Below, piece after piece: positions 63,262 to 64,000 of a stretch of 64,000 nucleotides of DNA (positions within the stretch are counted from its first letter, which is position 1; each line of letters starts with the position of its first letter). Origin of the DNA: Convolutriloba macropyga. Lineage: Eukaryota. Under the pieces are notes generated by a model that saw only the letters and a list, made by a program, of their open reading frames with translations, made no database searches and was not told the origin of the DNA. Location: contig NC_134482.1 in the NCBI RefSeq assembly GCF_964194025.1, forward strand, positions 5,642,001-5,706,000, in the 5' to 3' direction. The position numbers and the translations under genes are program-made.

Positions 63262-64000
63262 TTTCTAACAGCAATGAGTTTACAATTGACTTGTTATCAA
63301 ATGCATCAATGGACGTTTTTAATGGAAATACTATGGCATCATTTCGGAACCAATTATCACAACCGATACACTTACAGGGAGAATGGCAAGTAGCATTGAC
63401 ATCTCTATCTTTTCCATCAAACATCAACAACGTGAACTCTGGAGAAATAGTTGTTTACAAGAATTCAATGACCAATCCAAATGAGTCGAGTAATCGATCA
63501 GGACAACTCAGAAAAATTCGGACTGGTATTTACAACAGCTGGGAAGATCTAGTCTCGGAGATTGTTCGCATTGCAAGACTGAAACAGTTTGATCGTAAGT
63601 TCGACAAGATAACGCAAAAGCTTGTGTTAACATTTGGGGAAAATGAAGGATTGTCATTTCAAGACAATGAAATTCCCAGCATTCTTGGTTTCAAGGGGAC
63701 CCCTGACCCTGCACACAATGGTTTTGTTCACATTGGTTACAAGACAAACTTGGAAAATGGGGCTCCGAACTCTCCTAACAGACATTTTCGTATTTTCCCC
63801 GTTGATATAACATGTGGGTCACAGCTTATTTTTGTGTACCTTGATATTATTGAGTATCAACATGTGGGTGACTCACGTGCACCCATTCTCAAAATCATTG
63901 AATCGGAGAGACGTCTGAGAAACGGTAGCCTCAACACAGTAGCACCTATTCACCATAAAACCTATACAAACTTGGACTACAAGCGTTTACTTTCAAACAA
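63258..64000 (+). CDS. Polinton minor capsid / penton protein; runs off the window edge
   Basis: Manual translation, open to the end: FTIDLLSNASMDVFNGNTMASFRNQLSQPIHLQGEWQVAL...IFVYLDIIEYQHVGDSRAPILKII. Confidence 0.85.
   Translation, partial: MISNSNEFTIDLLSNASMDVFNGNTMASFRNQLSQPIHLQGEWQVALTSLSFPSNINNVNSGEIVVYKNSMTNPNESSNRSGQLRKIRTGIYNSWEDLVSEIVRIARLKQFDRKFDKITQKLVLTFGENEGLSFQDNEIPSILGFKGTPDPAHNGFVHIGYKTNLENGAPNSPNRHFRIFPVDITCGSQLIFVYLDIIEYQHVGDSRAPILKIIESERRLRNGSLNTVAPIHHKTYTNLDYKRLLSN

Larger units (their letters stand above)
60349..64000 (+). mobile_element. Polinton/Maverick (adintovirus-like) endogenous DNA virus, left end
   Basis: AGTAG-type terminus followed by a G-run, abrupt switch to densely packed intact ORFs: packaging ATPase, rve integrase, penton. 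Confidence 0.92.

Overview
AT-rich, repeat-dense eukaryotic DNA, very probably from an invertebrate animal; almost all of it is mobile elements and tandem duplications. From left to right: (1) a Ty3/Gypsy LTR retroelement on the minus strand (<1-8129). Downstream of gag-pol it carries a third, uninterrupted ORF (1426 to the window edge, not in the ORF track) with the motif pattern of chuvirus-G/herpesvirus-gB-like class III fusion glycoproteins, making it a candidate enveloped retrovirus-like element. (2) A Penelope-like (GIY-YIG) remnant with a hammerhead-like motif. (3) A ~14.9-kb tandem segmental duplication (8930-23813 / 23814-46675) of decayed CR1-like LINEs and unassigned sequence; each copy has its own internal duplications, and copy 2 contains a two-LTR BEL/Pao element (25918-33853). 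(4) A Gypsy fragment, a second Penelope remnant with a well-formed minimal hammerhead, an L2-type LINE and a CR1 3' end. (5) A near-identical 4.65-kb tandem duplication (50217-54870 / 54868-59525) that duplicates a probable host exon (MLF-like N-terminus). (6) The left end of a Polinton/Maverick (adintovirus-like) element from 60349: small membrane protein, packaging ATPase, small ORF, integrase and minor capsid/penton, all overlapping. All family calls come from motif recognition by eye, with no database search; boundaries of decayed elements are approximate.
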